In this document: in pieces, positions 39,147 through 48,110 of the stretch
Layout: every line of letters starts with the position of its first letter
Numbering within the stretch: the first letter of the stretch is position 1
NCBI GenBank assembly: GCA_965228895.1
Contig: OZ245842.1
Span: 5,464,409 to 5,528,408 of the forward strand
DNA from: Alphaproteobacteria bacterium
GTDB lineage: Bacteria > Pseudomonadota > Alphaproteobacteria > SP197
DNA length: 64,000 nt
Reading direction: 5' to 3'
Program-made: the position numbers and the translations under genes
Notes under the pieces: model-generated
Told to the model about the DNA's origin: nothing
Seen by the model: only the letters and a program-made list of their open reading frames with translations
Database searches by the model: none

Positions 39147-40583
39147 TCAGGAATCCGCGACTCCGAACGCTTCGATCAGGGCACTGGGTCGAATGTGGTT
39201 GGTGTCGATGTAGTGACCGCGCACTGCTGATCCGTCATCGGCCGTTGTCACGCTGTTGATGTCGATCAGGCGTGCGCCCCGTTCTTGGGTCACCGAACGC
39301 AGCCGCTCGTTGAAGCGCTTGATAACATAAAGAAAGAGGTTGCGGACCTCGCCCTCCACCAAGCTCATGTTGACATTGCTCATGGGCGGGCTTTGGAACC
39401 AGACGGTGTGGCCGCGCTTGGCCCCTTCGCTCAACATGAAATCGACGTAACGTTCGACTAGGTCATCGACCAGCGCGTCGCGATCGAGGTTCGGATCCTT
39501 GCGCAGCGCGCGCACCATGCCTTCCTTCAGGCGGCAGTCGAGCTCGCCGAACACGGCGACGACCGTTGCGCCATCGGGAATACGCGCCAAGGCGAGATCG
39601 AAGCCGCCGCGGTAGGGGCTCGGCGCCTCGCGAATGAGGTGCCAGGCTTTGCAGCCGAACACCAGATGGCTCCGCAATCGAGTCGGTACGCCGTCGACCG
39701 GCAACACCAGATTGGCCGAAGACAGGGTGTGGCTGTCGCCGATGACGTGAAGCGTTCGGTCGGTTTCGCCTCGATAGCTTTCCTCATTGTCCATCCGCCA
39801 TGACACCAGCTCGTCGAGGATGTTGAGGTAGGTGATAAAGACCGACCGGTTTGGCGCTTCGACCGGCATGCTGGGAATTAGCGGCCGCGCGCTTGCCAAG
39901 AGCTCGCGGCACTGATCCGGCCTGTCGTCGACCCACGCGCTGATGGCGCGGATGATCGTTTCGCCGAAGGTCTGGTTGGCGGTGACCGCCGGGCTGAGGT
40001 TGCCGATCTCGTCGGCGCGTCCGGTCGCCAGCAAGGCAAGCGCCAGGGTATGGTTGGGATCGGCTACGGGCCGCTCGCTGGCGCGCGCTGTGCTCATGGC
40101 GTCGACCGCCTCCGTCAAGCGGCCGTCCAGATACGTGATGGTACCGAGCAACTGGTGTGCCCCGGTCATGGCGGGGTTACGATTGAGTGCTTCGCGCGTT
40201 TCGGCCTCGGCGTCGTCGTGCCGACCCAGGCGCTGGAGAACCACCGCGGCCTGAAGATGGCCCATGGCATCGCGCGGATTAAGGCTGATCGCGCGTCTCT
40301 GCGCCTCCAGAGCCTTCTCCAGGTCATCCATGCCCAAATAGATTTCCGCGAGGGCGCGCGGCACATCGGGCAGATTCGGGTTGAGCTGTTGCGCGCGCGC
40401 CAAAAGATCGAGCGCACGGTCGGTGTCGCCGTTCTGGAACTCGATCATGCCGAGCAGACTGTGGGCCCGCGCGTGTTCGGGCTCCATGCGGCAGATATCC
40501 CTGCACAGTTCAGCCGCCTGGTCGCGCCGGCCGGCGCGCAGGTTCTGCATCGTGGCTTTCAGCATGGACTCAACGATGCTCAT
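39147..40583 (-). CDS. TPR protein with C-terminal SGNH-like domain
   Basis: N-terminal TPR repeats; VIGDSH, FGELDCR and IDTNH (DxxH). Confidence 0.78.
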   Translation of the reverse strand: MSIVESMLKATMQNLRAGRRDQAAELCRDICRMEPEHARAHSLLGMIEFQNGDTDRALDLLARAQQLNPNLPDVPRALAEIYLGMDDLEKALEAQRRAISLNPRDAMGHLQAAVVLQRLGRHDDAEAETREALNRNPAMTGAHQLLGTITYLDGRLTEAVDAMSTARASERPVADPNHTLALALLATGRADEIGNLSPAVTANQTFGETIIRAISAWVDDRPDQCRELLASARPLIPSMPVEAPNRSVFITYLNILDELVSWRMDNEESYRGETDRTLHVIGDSHTLSSANLVLPVDGVPTRLRSHLVFGCKAWHLIREAPSPYRGGFDLALARIPDGATVVAVFGELDCRLKEGMVRALRKDPNLDRDALVDDLVERYVDFMLSEGAKRGHTVWFQSPPMSNVNMSLVEGEVRNLFLYVIKRFNERLRSVTQERGARLIDINSVTTADDGSAVRGHYIDTNHIRPSALIEAFGVADS

Positions 40584-40586
40584 GGC

Positions 40587-42287
40587 TCAGTCGCTGTCGC
40601 CGCGTTTGCCGTAGAGCATGGTGATGTTGACGCGCCTGTTTTCGTAACCCGGTTTGAACGTCAGACGCCCGGTCTCGTGAAACAGGTCGGAGTTGAACAT
40701 CACGACACGGTTCTGCCGGTGCGGCACGTTGATCCGTTTGGCATGGTTCTCCTTCAAATAGTTCCGCATGCGCGGGCCGTCGCGGTTATAGGCTTCAAAA
40801 TCCCAATCGAGCGGAGCCTCGACATCCCAGACTTCAAGCCCGCCGCCCTCTGGATCCAGGTTCGCGTCGTCGGGCGTGATCCAAAAGTTGACGTTCACCG
40901 CGGCAAAGTCCGCATGCATGGGAATGCCGCTCAGACGGCTATCATACTTGAACGCCCAGAGTTTGCGCAGCGTGTGGTGTTTGAAGATGGCAGGCAGGGC
41001 CGTGCGCATTTCTTCGGCGACCTGCAACAGCAAGGGGCAGCAGAAGCCATCCTCCATGAACGTGCCGAGATAACCGTTGGCATAACGGAACTCGTACCAG
41101 ATCGTCGACTGCAGACAGAACCGTCTCAGACCATCAACGGCCTCGGTTGTCAGAAAGCCATCAAAGAACGTGATACCGGGCGCGTTCTTCTCGTAGTCGG
41201 CTTCGATCACGGCAATGTCCAGATCCGGATTGACCGCCGGACCGTCAAGCGCCGCGCCGGGGTCTTTGTGGATCAGCCGGTTATAGGTCGGCTTCAACAC
41301 CGCCGCTGTGACTGCCGGCAGATCGACCATGTGGCTGTCGGCTTCGGGCGTTTCCAGCATGTCGAGCGCTGCACGGTAGGCGGCGACTGTCTGCTGATGG
41401 GGCGACGCGAGCATGCCGCGATCCAGCAGATAATCGAGCTGCTCGATATCGTGTTCCAGCTTGGTGCGGCTGGTCTGATTGAAGTTGTTCGGTGGCGTCT
41501 CCGGCCCACCGGGACGGCGCTTGATCGCCGTCGCGTGCTCATAGGCTTTGGCGGCGTCCCCGACGCGGCCCAGATCAAGCAGCGTGTTGCCCAGGTTGTG
41601 CCAGGCGCTATAGAAGCCGGGGTCAAGCTCGGTCGCGCGGGTGAGGTGTTGGACGGCAGCTTCCGGCTCATCCATGGCCTTGAGCGTCTTGCCCAGATTG
41701 TAGTGTCCAGCGGTCGACGTGGCGTCGCTGGCGACCAGCGCCTCGAGGAGTTCCCGGCTTTCAGCCAGTGCACCGGCTTCGGCGAGCAACGACGCCAGAT
41801 TATTGGTCAGGCCGGAATGATCGGGTGACGCCCTATGGGCATCGCGCAACACGGCGATTGCGCGATCGACATCGCCGGCGCGACGGTGGACGCCGGCCAG
41901 GGCAATCGACGTTTCGACCTTGCCAGGCGCCAGTGCGATCGCCTGTTCAAGATCGGTAATCGCGGCTGCGGTCTCCCCAAGCCGGGCACGGGCCATACCG
42001 CGGCTATGGTGAGCGTCGGCGTGATCAGGCTGCGTGACGAGCAACCGGTCGAGCTCGTCGACACCGTCGTGAAGCCGGCCGGTTTCCAGCAACATCACCG
42101 CGTAGACATAGCGGGCCTGCCGGTCCTCCGGCTGCCGCTTCAGGAGATCCCGGCACAGTTCAAGCGCAGGCCCACGCTCGCCGGCTTGATAACGGCGCAC
42201 GGCCTCGTTGAGATCGGACGGGTGCGTTTCGGCTCTGGTCTGCACGTCCGGACTATGCCGCCCGGGAGTCGCGCAGGCAAGTCGCAT
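40587..42287 (-). CDS. TPR protein with C-terminal putative Fe(II)/2OG oxygenase domain
   Basis: Multiple TPRs; MHADFAAVNVNFW (HxD), GGGL, NRVVMFNSDLFHET, RRVNIT. Start uncertain. Confidence 0.8.
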   Translation of the reverse strand: MRLACATPGRHSPDVQTRAETHPSDLNEAVRRYQAGERGPALELCRDLLKRQPEDRQARYVYAVMLLETGRLHDGVDELDRLLVTQPDHADAHHSRGMARARLGETAAAITDLEQAIALAPGKVETSIALAGVHRRAGDVDRAIAVLRDAHRASPDHSGLTNNLASLLAEAGALAESRELLEALVASDATSTAGHYNLGKTLKAMDEPEAAVQHLTRATELDPGFYSAWHNLGNTLLDLGRVGDAAKAYEHATAIKRRPGGPETPPNNFNQTSRTKLEHDIEQLDYLLDRGMLASPHQQTVAAYRAALDMLETPEADSHMVDLPAVTAAVLKPTYNRLIHKDPGAALDGPAVNPDLDIAVIEADYEKNAPGITFFDGFLTTEAVDGLRRFCLQSTIWYEFRYANGYLGTFMEDGFCCPLLLQVAEEMRTALPAIFKHHTLRKLWAFKYDSRLSGIPMHADFAAVNVNFWITPDDANLDPEGGGLEVWDVEAPLDWDFEAYNRDGPRMRNYLKENHAKRINVPHRQNRVVMFNSDLFHETGRLTFKPGYENRRVNITMLYGKRGDSD

Positions 42288-42326
42288 GCGATACCCGGAC
42301 GGCAGCCGGAGTTTTGCGTCCTATAG

Positions 42327-43133
42327 CTACTCGAATTGCGTCTCGCGCCAGCGAATGGCCGCGCCCAGGCCTTCTTTGGCCCGCACCGCCTCGAACTGCT
42401 TGTATTGCTCGGTTTCCGAGGCATCCAGGATGCCGCCGACCTCGACGCCATAGGCAATCGCCTGGCGCAGGCCGGCAATCTCGGCGCCGCGGTTGATCGA
42501 CGCCTTGGTGGTCTGCAGGCCTTCGAGAGAGATCGCGGCGGCGCGCTTGGCATAGCGCAGGGTCTCGGCCTCCAGATCATCATCGGGAAAGACGCGGTTG
42601 ATCATGCCGCAACGCTCGGCCTCGTCGGCGCTGATCATGTCGCCGGTATAGAGCAGCTCGCGGGCCTTCTTCAGGCCGACCAGCCACGGCATGATGACGG
42701 CCGGCGGGGCGGTCGAAAAACGGATCTCAGGCTCGCCGAACTGGGCCGACTGGGCGGCGAAGGTGATGCAGCACATCATGGCGAGCTCGCAACTGCCGGC
42801 CAGGCAATAGCCGCGCACCATGGCGATCACCGGTTTCGTGCAATCCCAGGGCGTGAACTCGAATTCCGCGCAATCGGTCAGCATCTTGCGGGTGCCCATG
42901 GGACCACGGCCGTATTCGTTGCCCCAGGCGTATTTGAGGTCGTAGCCGGCGCCGAAATGGTCGCCGGCTCCGGTCAGGATGACGACGGAAACGTTGTCAT
43001 CGTCATCGGCCTTGCGGATGGCGGCCGACAGTTCGGCCATGAACGGCGGGTTGATGGAGTTCATCTTCTTCGCCCGGTTGATGGTGATACGGGCGATCTT
43101 GTCGTTCACCTCATAGAGGACTTCGTCGGTCAC
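42327..43133 (-). CDS. enoyl-CoA hydratase/isomerase family
   Basis: FGAGYDL, KPVIAMVRGYCLAGSCEL, FGEPE; 4-nt overlap with the ligase gene. Confidence 0.9.
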   Translation of the reverse strand: MTDEVLYEVNDKIARITINRAKKMNSINPPFMAELSAAIRKADDDDNVSVVILTGAGDHFGAGYDLKYAWGNEYGRGPMGTRKMLTDCAEFEFTPWDCTKPVIAMVRGYCLAGSCELAMMCCITFAAQSAQFGEPEIRFSTAPPAVIMPWLVGLKKARELLYTGDMISADEAERCGMINRVFPDDDLEAETLRYAKRAAAISLEGLQTTKASINRGAEIAGLRQAIAYGVEVGGILDASETEQYKQFEAVRAKEGLGAAIRWRETQFE

Positions 43134-45247
43134 GGGGTCTCCTCCTTGTTTTGATGGTCTGATGGTAGGTCGGCGATCACCAAGGCGTCGACGGCGATAA
43201 CGCCATCGGGCCCGGCCAGAATGGGATTGACGTCGGCTTCGGCGATCAGATCGCCGAGCGAAGCTGCCAGGACGGAAAAGCGGGCGAGCGCGTCGGCCAG
43301 AGCATCGATATCGACGGGTGCCTGGCCGCGCAGGCCGTCGAGCATCGCTCGTGCCTTCAAGCGGTCTATGAGCGCGCGCGCGACGTCGACGCCGAACGGC
43401 GGGACGGCGACCTGGCGATCGCGCAACAGCTCGACGAAGATGCCGCCTGTCCCGATCATCACCAAAGGTCCGAACTGGGGATCGCGGAACAGGCCAAACA
43501 CGAGCTCGACCCCATCAGGCGCCATCGGTGCGACGAGACAACGCGGCCCGAGCCGCGCGGCGATATCGTCCCAGGCCGAACGGACCGCTGACGTATCGCC
43601 CAGGTTGAGCGCCACGCCGCCGACATCGGACTTATGCGCGATGTCCGGCATGGCTGTCTTCATGACCACCGGATAACCGAACGATGCCGCGGCCTCGACG
43701 GCGTCGTCGCCGGTTTCGACGATCCTGTGATCGATCGCCGGGACGGCGAAAGCCGCAAGCAGATCGAGCCCGTCGGCTTCATCAAGCGGTCTGCCCGATG
43801 TCAGACGGGCGCGCCATTCGGCCACGACGTCGTCTTTCGGTCGATTGGGTGGCGGCAGCACTTCGCGCCGCTTCGCATCGCGCCAGGCGAACCCATGGGC
43901 AATGGCGCTGACCGCCGGCCCGAGCCCGTCGATCAGCGGCATACCGGCCAGGCGCAGGCGTCGCGCGGTCTCATGGACGATGCCGTTCGGGATGCAGCTC
44001 GCGAAGGCCAACGGTTTGTCGGTCGCTTCGATGATGGCCGGCGCGTTCTCGGTAAACACGGTACGGAACTTTTCGCCGTCGCGAATGTCGGCGACCCACA
44101 GGCCGTACCCGGTCGCCGGATCGGCCAGCAGCGCCGTCATGCAATCGTGGAAAATACCGGGATAGTCGTGGCCGGTGCCCCAGGCATCGAGCGGATTGAC
44201 CGGATCGAGACCGTATTCAAGCCGGTCGGTAAGCTGCCTGGTCGTCTCCGGACCGATGGCGGCGAAGGGCAGGCCTGTCTTGGCGGCCAGATCGGTCAGA
44301 TGTTCGCGCTCGCCGCCGGAATCGGTGATCGCGGCCAGGCCGCCGGCGACCGGTCGGCGCGGCGCGCTCATCACCTGCAACGTCGCGATGAATTCAGCCA
44401 TGTCGTCGCAGCGAATGACACCGTAGCGATCAAAGATGGCGTCATGCGCATCGTCGTTGCCGGCGAGCGCGCCGGAGTGACTGACCGCCATCGCCGCGCT
44501 TTCCGGCGTGCGCGCCGCCTTGACCACGACGACGGCGATGTCGCGCTCAGCGGCTTTCCGGGCGGCGGCGATGAAGCCTGCGGGATCGCGGATGGTCTCC
44601 AGAAACAAGCCGACCACCCGGGTCGAGTCGAGCTCCAGCGCAAAGTCGAGATAGTCGGCGGCGGTGGTCGATATCTCCTGGCCGCTGGAGACCGAAAAGT
44701 TGAACGCCAGTCTGCCGTCGGTTTGCAGGAGGCCCATATAGACCGAGCCGGATTGGGAGATCAGCGCGACCGACCCGACTTCGGCGCCGCCGCGGTCGCC
44801 CTCGCCGAGCGTGCAGTGCACCCTGTCGACACGGTTATAGAACCCCGATCCGTTGCCGCCGCAGACCTGAAGGCTGGCCGCCTTCGCTTTTTGTTTGAGT
44901 CGCGCCAAGAGGGGCGGGTCGCTGTCGCCTTCCAGGTAACCGCTGGCAAAGATCGTCACCGCCTTGACGCCGGCCGCGATGGCTTCATCGAACAGACCTT
45001 CCAGGCGCGCGTTCGCCACATTGAGAACGGCATGGTCGATCGGGCCGGGCAGGGACGTCAGGCTCGCGTGGCATGGCCGGTCCTCGACCTCGTCATAACG
45101 CGGATTGACAAGAGAGAGCTCGCCGCCGAAGCCGGCGTTGACGCAGGCGCGGATCATGCCGTTGCCAAATGTACCGACCTTCGGCGATGCGCCGACCAGC
45201 GCGAGGCTGCGCGGCGCCAGAAGCGGCTGAAGATAGTGTTCGGTCAT
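43130..45247 (-). CDS. acetate--CoA ligase (ADP-forming) family protein
   Basis: PRSLALVGAS, SQSGS, SHSGALAG, NPLD, HKSDVGGV, AVDAL. Confidence 0.9.
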   Translation of the reverse strand: MTEHYLQPLLAPRSLALVGASPKVGTFGNGMIRACVNAGFGGELSLVNPRYDEVEDRPCHASLTSLPGPIDHAVLNVANARLEGLFDEAIAAGVKAVTIFASGYLEGDSDPPLLARLKQKAKAASLQVCGGNGSGFYNRVDRVHCTLGEGDRGGAEVGSVALISQSGSVYMGLLQTDGRLAFNFSVSSGQEISTTAADYLDFALELDSTRVVGLFLETIRDPAGFIAAARKAAERDIAVVVVKAARTPESAAMAVSHSGALAGNDDAHDAIFDRYGVIRCDDMAEFIATLQVMSAPRRPVAGGLAAITDSGGEREHLTDLAAKTGLPFAAIGPETTRQLTDRLEYGLDPVNPLDAWGTGHDYPGIFHDCMTALLADPATGYGLWVADIRDGEKFRTVFTENAPAIIEATDKPLAFASCIPNGIVHETARRLRLAGMPLIDGLGPAVSAIAHGFAWRDAKRREVLPPPNRPKDDVVAEWRARLTSGRPLDEADGLDLLAAFAVPAIDHRIVETGDDAVEAAASFGYPVVMKTAMPDIAHKSDVGGVALNLGDTSAVRSAWDDIAARLGPRCLVAPMAPDGVELVFGLFRDPQFGPLVMIGTGGIFVELLRDRQVAVPPFGVDVARALIDRLKARAMLDGLRGQAPVDIDALADALARFSVLAASLGDLIAEADVNPILAGPDGVIAVDALVIADLPSDHQNKEETP

Positions 45248-45405
45248 GATGGAAAGGGCCAAGGGGATCCGGATCGAGCGGCAAGCCTAGTCGGTGATGT
45301 CGCCGGCTGAAAGACCGATGCCGGTCAAATCGCAAGAATCGGATTGTCGCGTCGGCGGTCGATGGCTAACCAGGGCAATCTCCTTGCCGCCGCTGTCGGA
45401 CCGCC

Positions 45406-46362
45406 ATGTCAGTTTCTCATTCGCCCGGATCGTTGGCCCTGGGCCCGATCGAATGGCTTTTGCTGTTGGCACTGGCTTTCGTGTGGGGCGGCTCGTTCTT
45501 TTTCGGCGCGGTCGCGTTGGACGAACTGCCGCCGCTGACCGTTCTCTTGGCGCGGGTCGGTCTGGCGGCAATCGCGCTTAATATCGGCCTGATCATCGTC
45601 GGTCGATCGCTGTTCGGCTTTCGCCATTGGTGGGGCGCCTTTCTGGTCATGGGCTTGATCAACAACGTCATTCCTTTCGGTCTGATCCTGTGGGGCCAAA
45701 CTCATATCGCCAGCGGCCTGGCATCGATCCTGAATGCCGCGACGCCGGTCTTCACGGTGCTGCTGGCCCATTATCTGACTCGCGATGAACGGCTTACCGG
45801 GTGGAAGCTTGTGGGAGTCGTGATGGGTTTTGCCGGCGTCGCCGCGATGATCGGGCCAGAGGCCTTTGTTGCTTTCGGCGACCACGTTATGGGTGAAGTC
45901 GCCATCGTTGGTGCCGCGCTCTCATACGCCTTCGCCAGTATCTGGGGGCGACGGTTCCGCGACCTGCCGCCGGTCGCGACGGCGACCGGGCAGGTCAGCG
46001 CCTCCGCGCTCATCGTCCTGCCGATCGTGCTGGTGATCGACCAGCCCTGGGATCTCGCCGCACCGGGCGCGATCACATGGGGAGCGTTGGCCGGTCTGGC
46101 GCTTGTCAGCACGGCGCTCGCCTATGTCATGTACTTCCGCATCCTGAGGACCGCTGGCGCCAGCAATCTGATGTTGGTGACACTTCTGGTGCCTGTCTTC
46201 GCGATTGCGTTGGGCGTCGGCCTTCTGGGCGAGACGCTGGCCTGGCGGCACATCATCGGCATGGCCGTGATCGGCCTTGGCTTGCTGGCGATCGACGGCC
46301 GCTTGCCGGCCTGGCTCGGCAGGTTTGGCACACCACCGGGCGCGCGGGACAAGGATTGCTAG
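45406..46362 (+). CDS. DMT/EamA family transporter
   Basis: Ten TM segments; WGGSF, SGLASILNAATP, LLGE. Confidence 0.9.
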   Translation: MSVSHSPGSLALGPIEWLLLLALAFVWGGSFFFGAVALDELPPLTVLLARVGLAAIALNIGLIIVGRSLFGFRHWWGAFLVMGLINNVIPFGLILWGQTHIASGLASILNAATPVFTVLLAHYLTRDERLTGWKLVGVVMGFAGVAAMIGPEAFVAFGDHVMGEVAIVGAALSYAFASIWGRRFRDLPPVATATGQVSASALIVLPIVLVIDQPWDLAAPGAITWGALAGLALVSTALAYVMYFRILRTAGASNLMLVTLLVPVFAIALGVGLLGETLAWRHIIGMAVIGLGLLAIDGRLPAWLGRFGTPPGARDKDC

Positions 46363-46369
46363 AACGTTA

Positions 46370-46580
46370 AGAAGAGGGGCCGCGCCGCGGGGCTCAGGGA
46401 AGTCCCCGCGGCGCTGCGGGACAACGGCGCCATTCGTCATGCGCCGTGGGGGTCGCTCGACCCTTAACTCGTCACCGCCTATTGTGGTGATGGAAGCGGC
46501 GTCTGGCCGCTTGGCGTTCCAGACCAACCGGTCAGTGGCTCGCTGCACAGCGCACGATGTCATGGTGATCGGTTGGTGAT
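46370..46580 (+). ncRNA. candidate structured RNA (leader or sRNA) upstream of the DUF1491 gene
   Basis: Six back-to-back hairpins in ~200 nt; G-U pairs in two stems favour the + strand; no credible ORF. Confidence 0.45.
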
Positions 46581-46615
46581 GCCGAATCCGATCCGGTCAC
46601 AATGGGCACAACCTG

Positions 46616-46954
46616 ATGATTCCTCGGCTAAAAGCAGCCATTTGGGTCAACGCGCAGGTCAGAATCTGCAATCAGCGGTCTTTGCCAATCTATGTGCTGA
46701 ACCGTGGCGATCCCGATGCCGGCATGGTGTTGATCAAGCTGGTTTTAGCTGGCGGCCAGGCGACGGTTTTATCGCCGCTACGCCGAATGGATGAGTCGCT
46801 TGCCTGGCTTAGGGCGACCGGCCCGGAGCCCATCGCCGAGGCCGACGCCGACGCCTATGTCGCCCGCCAGCGCGACTTCGATCCGGACATCTGGGTCGTC
46901 GAGATCGAGAATCTTGACGGCACGTGGCAACCCGACGAACCCATCATCGACTGA
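46616..46954 (+). CDS. DUF1491 family protein
   Basis: PRLKAAIWVNA, RGDPDAG, RQRDFDPDIWVVEIE. Confidence 0.85.
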   Translation: MIPRLKAAIWVNAQVRICNQRSLPIYVLNRGDPDAGMVLIKLVLAGGQATVLSPLRRMDESLAWLRATGPEPIAEADADAYVARQRDFDPDIWVVEIENLDGTWQPDEPIID

Positions 46955-46971
46955 TCCGGAATCCGATGCGC

Positions 46972-47015
46972 AAAAAAAGAAAGCACCGACGTGGTTCCCG
47001 TACGTCAGTGCTTTC
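46972..47015 (-). terminator. Rho-independent terminator, minus strand
   Basis: Minus strand GAAAGCACTGACGT/ACGTCGGTGCTTTC 14-bp stem followed by T7. Confidence 0.8.
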
Positions 47016-47230
47016 AATTGGGACCGGATGGGGGGATTGGGGGGGTATGGAGTCCGGCCCCGTTTGGCGTCATGTCCGGCTCTTGTCGTGGGTGTCTTCG
47101 AGCCGGTTAACGTGGTGTAGTCCCTGAAAGGGAATGGGTTCTTGTTCCCTTAATGGACGCCCGACCTGCTGTTGGTTCGTTCGTCCGATGGCTTGCAGAT
47201 GGGGCCTACCCCCAAGGTCTACCGCTCAAT
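46972..47230 (-). ncRNA. candidate multi-hairpin sRNA with C-rich loops
   Basis: At least four stems plus terminator; G-U pairs work only on the minus strand; 5' end approximate. Confidence 0.55.
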
Positions 47231-47440
47231 CTGAAAGACGGACTGTGCAGGCTGTCAGACTTGTCGTTGCGACAAATTGAGCAGTTTTCTGCGCATTCGA
47301 CGGGGCGAAAAACTCAGTTTCTTCAACGGCTTATGTGTTGTGGCGACATCTTGGCGCCTTTCCGGCGCAAACATGGCGCCTGAAGGCGCGTACCGGCCCG
47401 CCATTCCGGTCGATGGAATCAGGACCGCGATGGTCTCATC

Positions 47441-47479
47441 GGGGGTGTTGGCCTGCAGAAAAGGCAGGCCAACACCCCC
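47441..47479. terminator. strong hairpin downstream of the Hsp20 gene
   Basis: Perfect 16-bp stem GGGGGTGTTGGCCTGC/GCAGGCCAACACCCCC; no U-tract. Confidence 0.5.
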
Positions 47480-47552
47480 CAACCTCTCATGCAAGAGGCG
47501 GCCGCCACTGGTCAGCTTGGTCACACCGCGGCGACGGGATGGGTTGTGCGGG

Positions 47553-47969
47553 TTAGCCGGCGCTGACGTCGATCCGCTTCCCGATTTCCGCCTTAGCCTT
47601 CTTCGGAATGGACAACGTCAAGACGCCGTCTTTGTGCTGCGCATCAATTGCATCGGCATTGGCATCGCCCGGCAGACGAAAGCTGCGTAGGAACGAGCCG
47701 AACGTGCGTTCGCTGAAGAACCAGGTTTGGCCTTCCTTGGTTTGCTCGCTCCTTTTTTCGCCCTTGACGGTCAACGTCCCGTCATGGACCGAAACGTCGA
47801 TATCGTCGGCCTTGACGCCGGGCAACTCGATGGTGATCTCATAGGCGTCATTCGACGCGGCGGCATCGGCGGTCGGGGCAAAGTAGTCGGCGATCCGCTG
47901 GCTCAGCCCGCGCAAGGGCGCGTAGACGGAAGGCCAGAAGTTCTGGGCAGTCTGGGACGATTCAACCAT
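47553..47969 (-). CDS. Hsp20/alpha-crystallin small heat shock protein
   Basis: IELPGV, LTVKGEKR, ERTFGSFLRSFRLP, DGVLTLSIPK; GGAGG RBS. Confidence 0.93.
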   Translation of the reverse strand: MVESSQTAQNFWPSVYAPLRGLSQRIADYFAPTADAAASNDAYEITIELPGVKADDIDVSVHDGTLTVKGEKRSEQTKEGQTWFFSERTFGSFLRSFRLPGDANADAIDAQHKDGVLTLSIPKKAKAEIGKRIDVSAG

Positions 47970-48030
47970 GTTGATTGCCTCCGTGAGATGAATGGATAGC
48001 CTCAGCTTGCCGCGCACCGCGCAGGTTGCA

Positions 48031-48044
48031 TTGAGCTAGGTCAA
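48031..48044. promoter_or_regulatory. FNR/FixK/NnrR-type box
   Basis: TTGAGCTAGGTCAA = TTGA-N6-TCAA between divergent hsp20 and nnrU-like genes. Confidence 0.6.
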
Positions 48045-48110
48045 GCACACGGGGTGTGTGGGTGGGTACCCACGCGTTGACGCGCATGTTGGTCGCCCGT
48101 TGGAGGCGGT

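Noticed and set aside
46391-46410. GGGAAGTCC resembling the RNase P GGAAAGTCC motif or a cobalamin riboswitch fragment
   Set aside because: The other conserved RNase P and B12-box elements are missing and the region is too short.
47020-47050. G-rich run on the + strand as a possible G-quadruplex
   Set aside because: More simply explained as the complement of the C-rich loop of the minus-strand RNA candidate.
47343-47357. GCGAC-N5-GGCGC resembling a RegR/PrrA box
   Set aside because: A short GC-rich degenerate motif that is frequent by chance at this composition.
47970-48030. ROSE thermometer in the hsp20 5' UTR
   Set aside because: No U(U/C)GCU motif positioned to pair with the GGAGG Shine-Dalgarno sequence.
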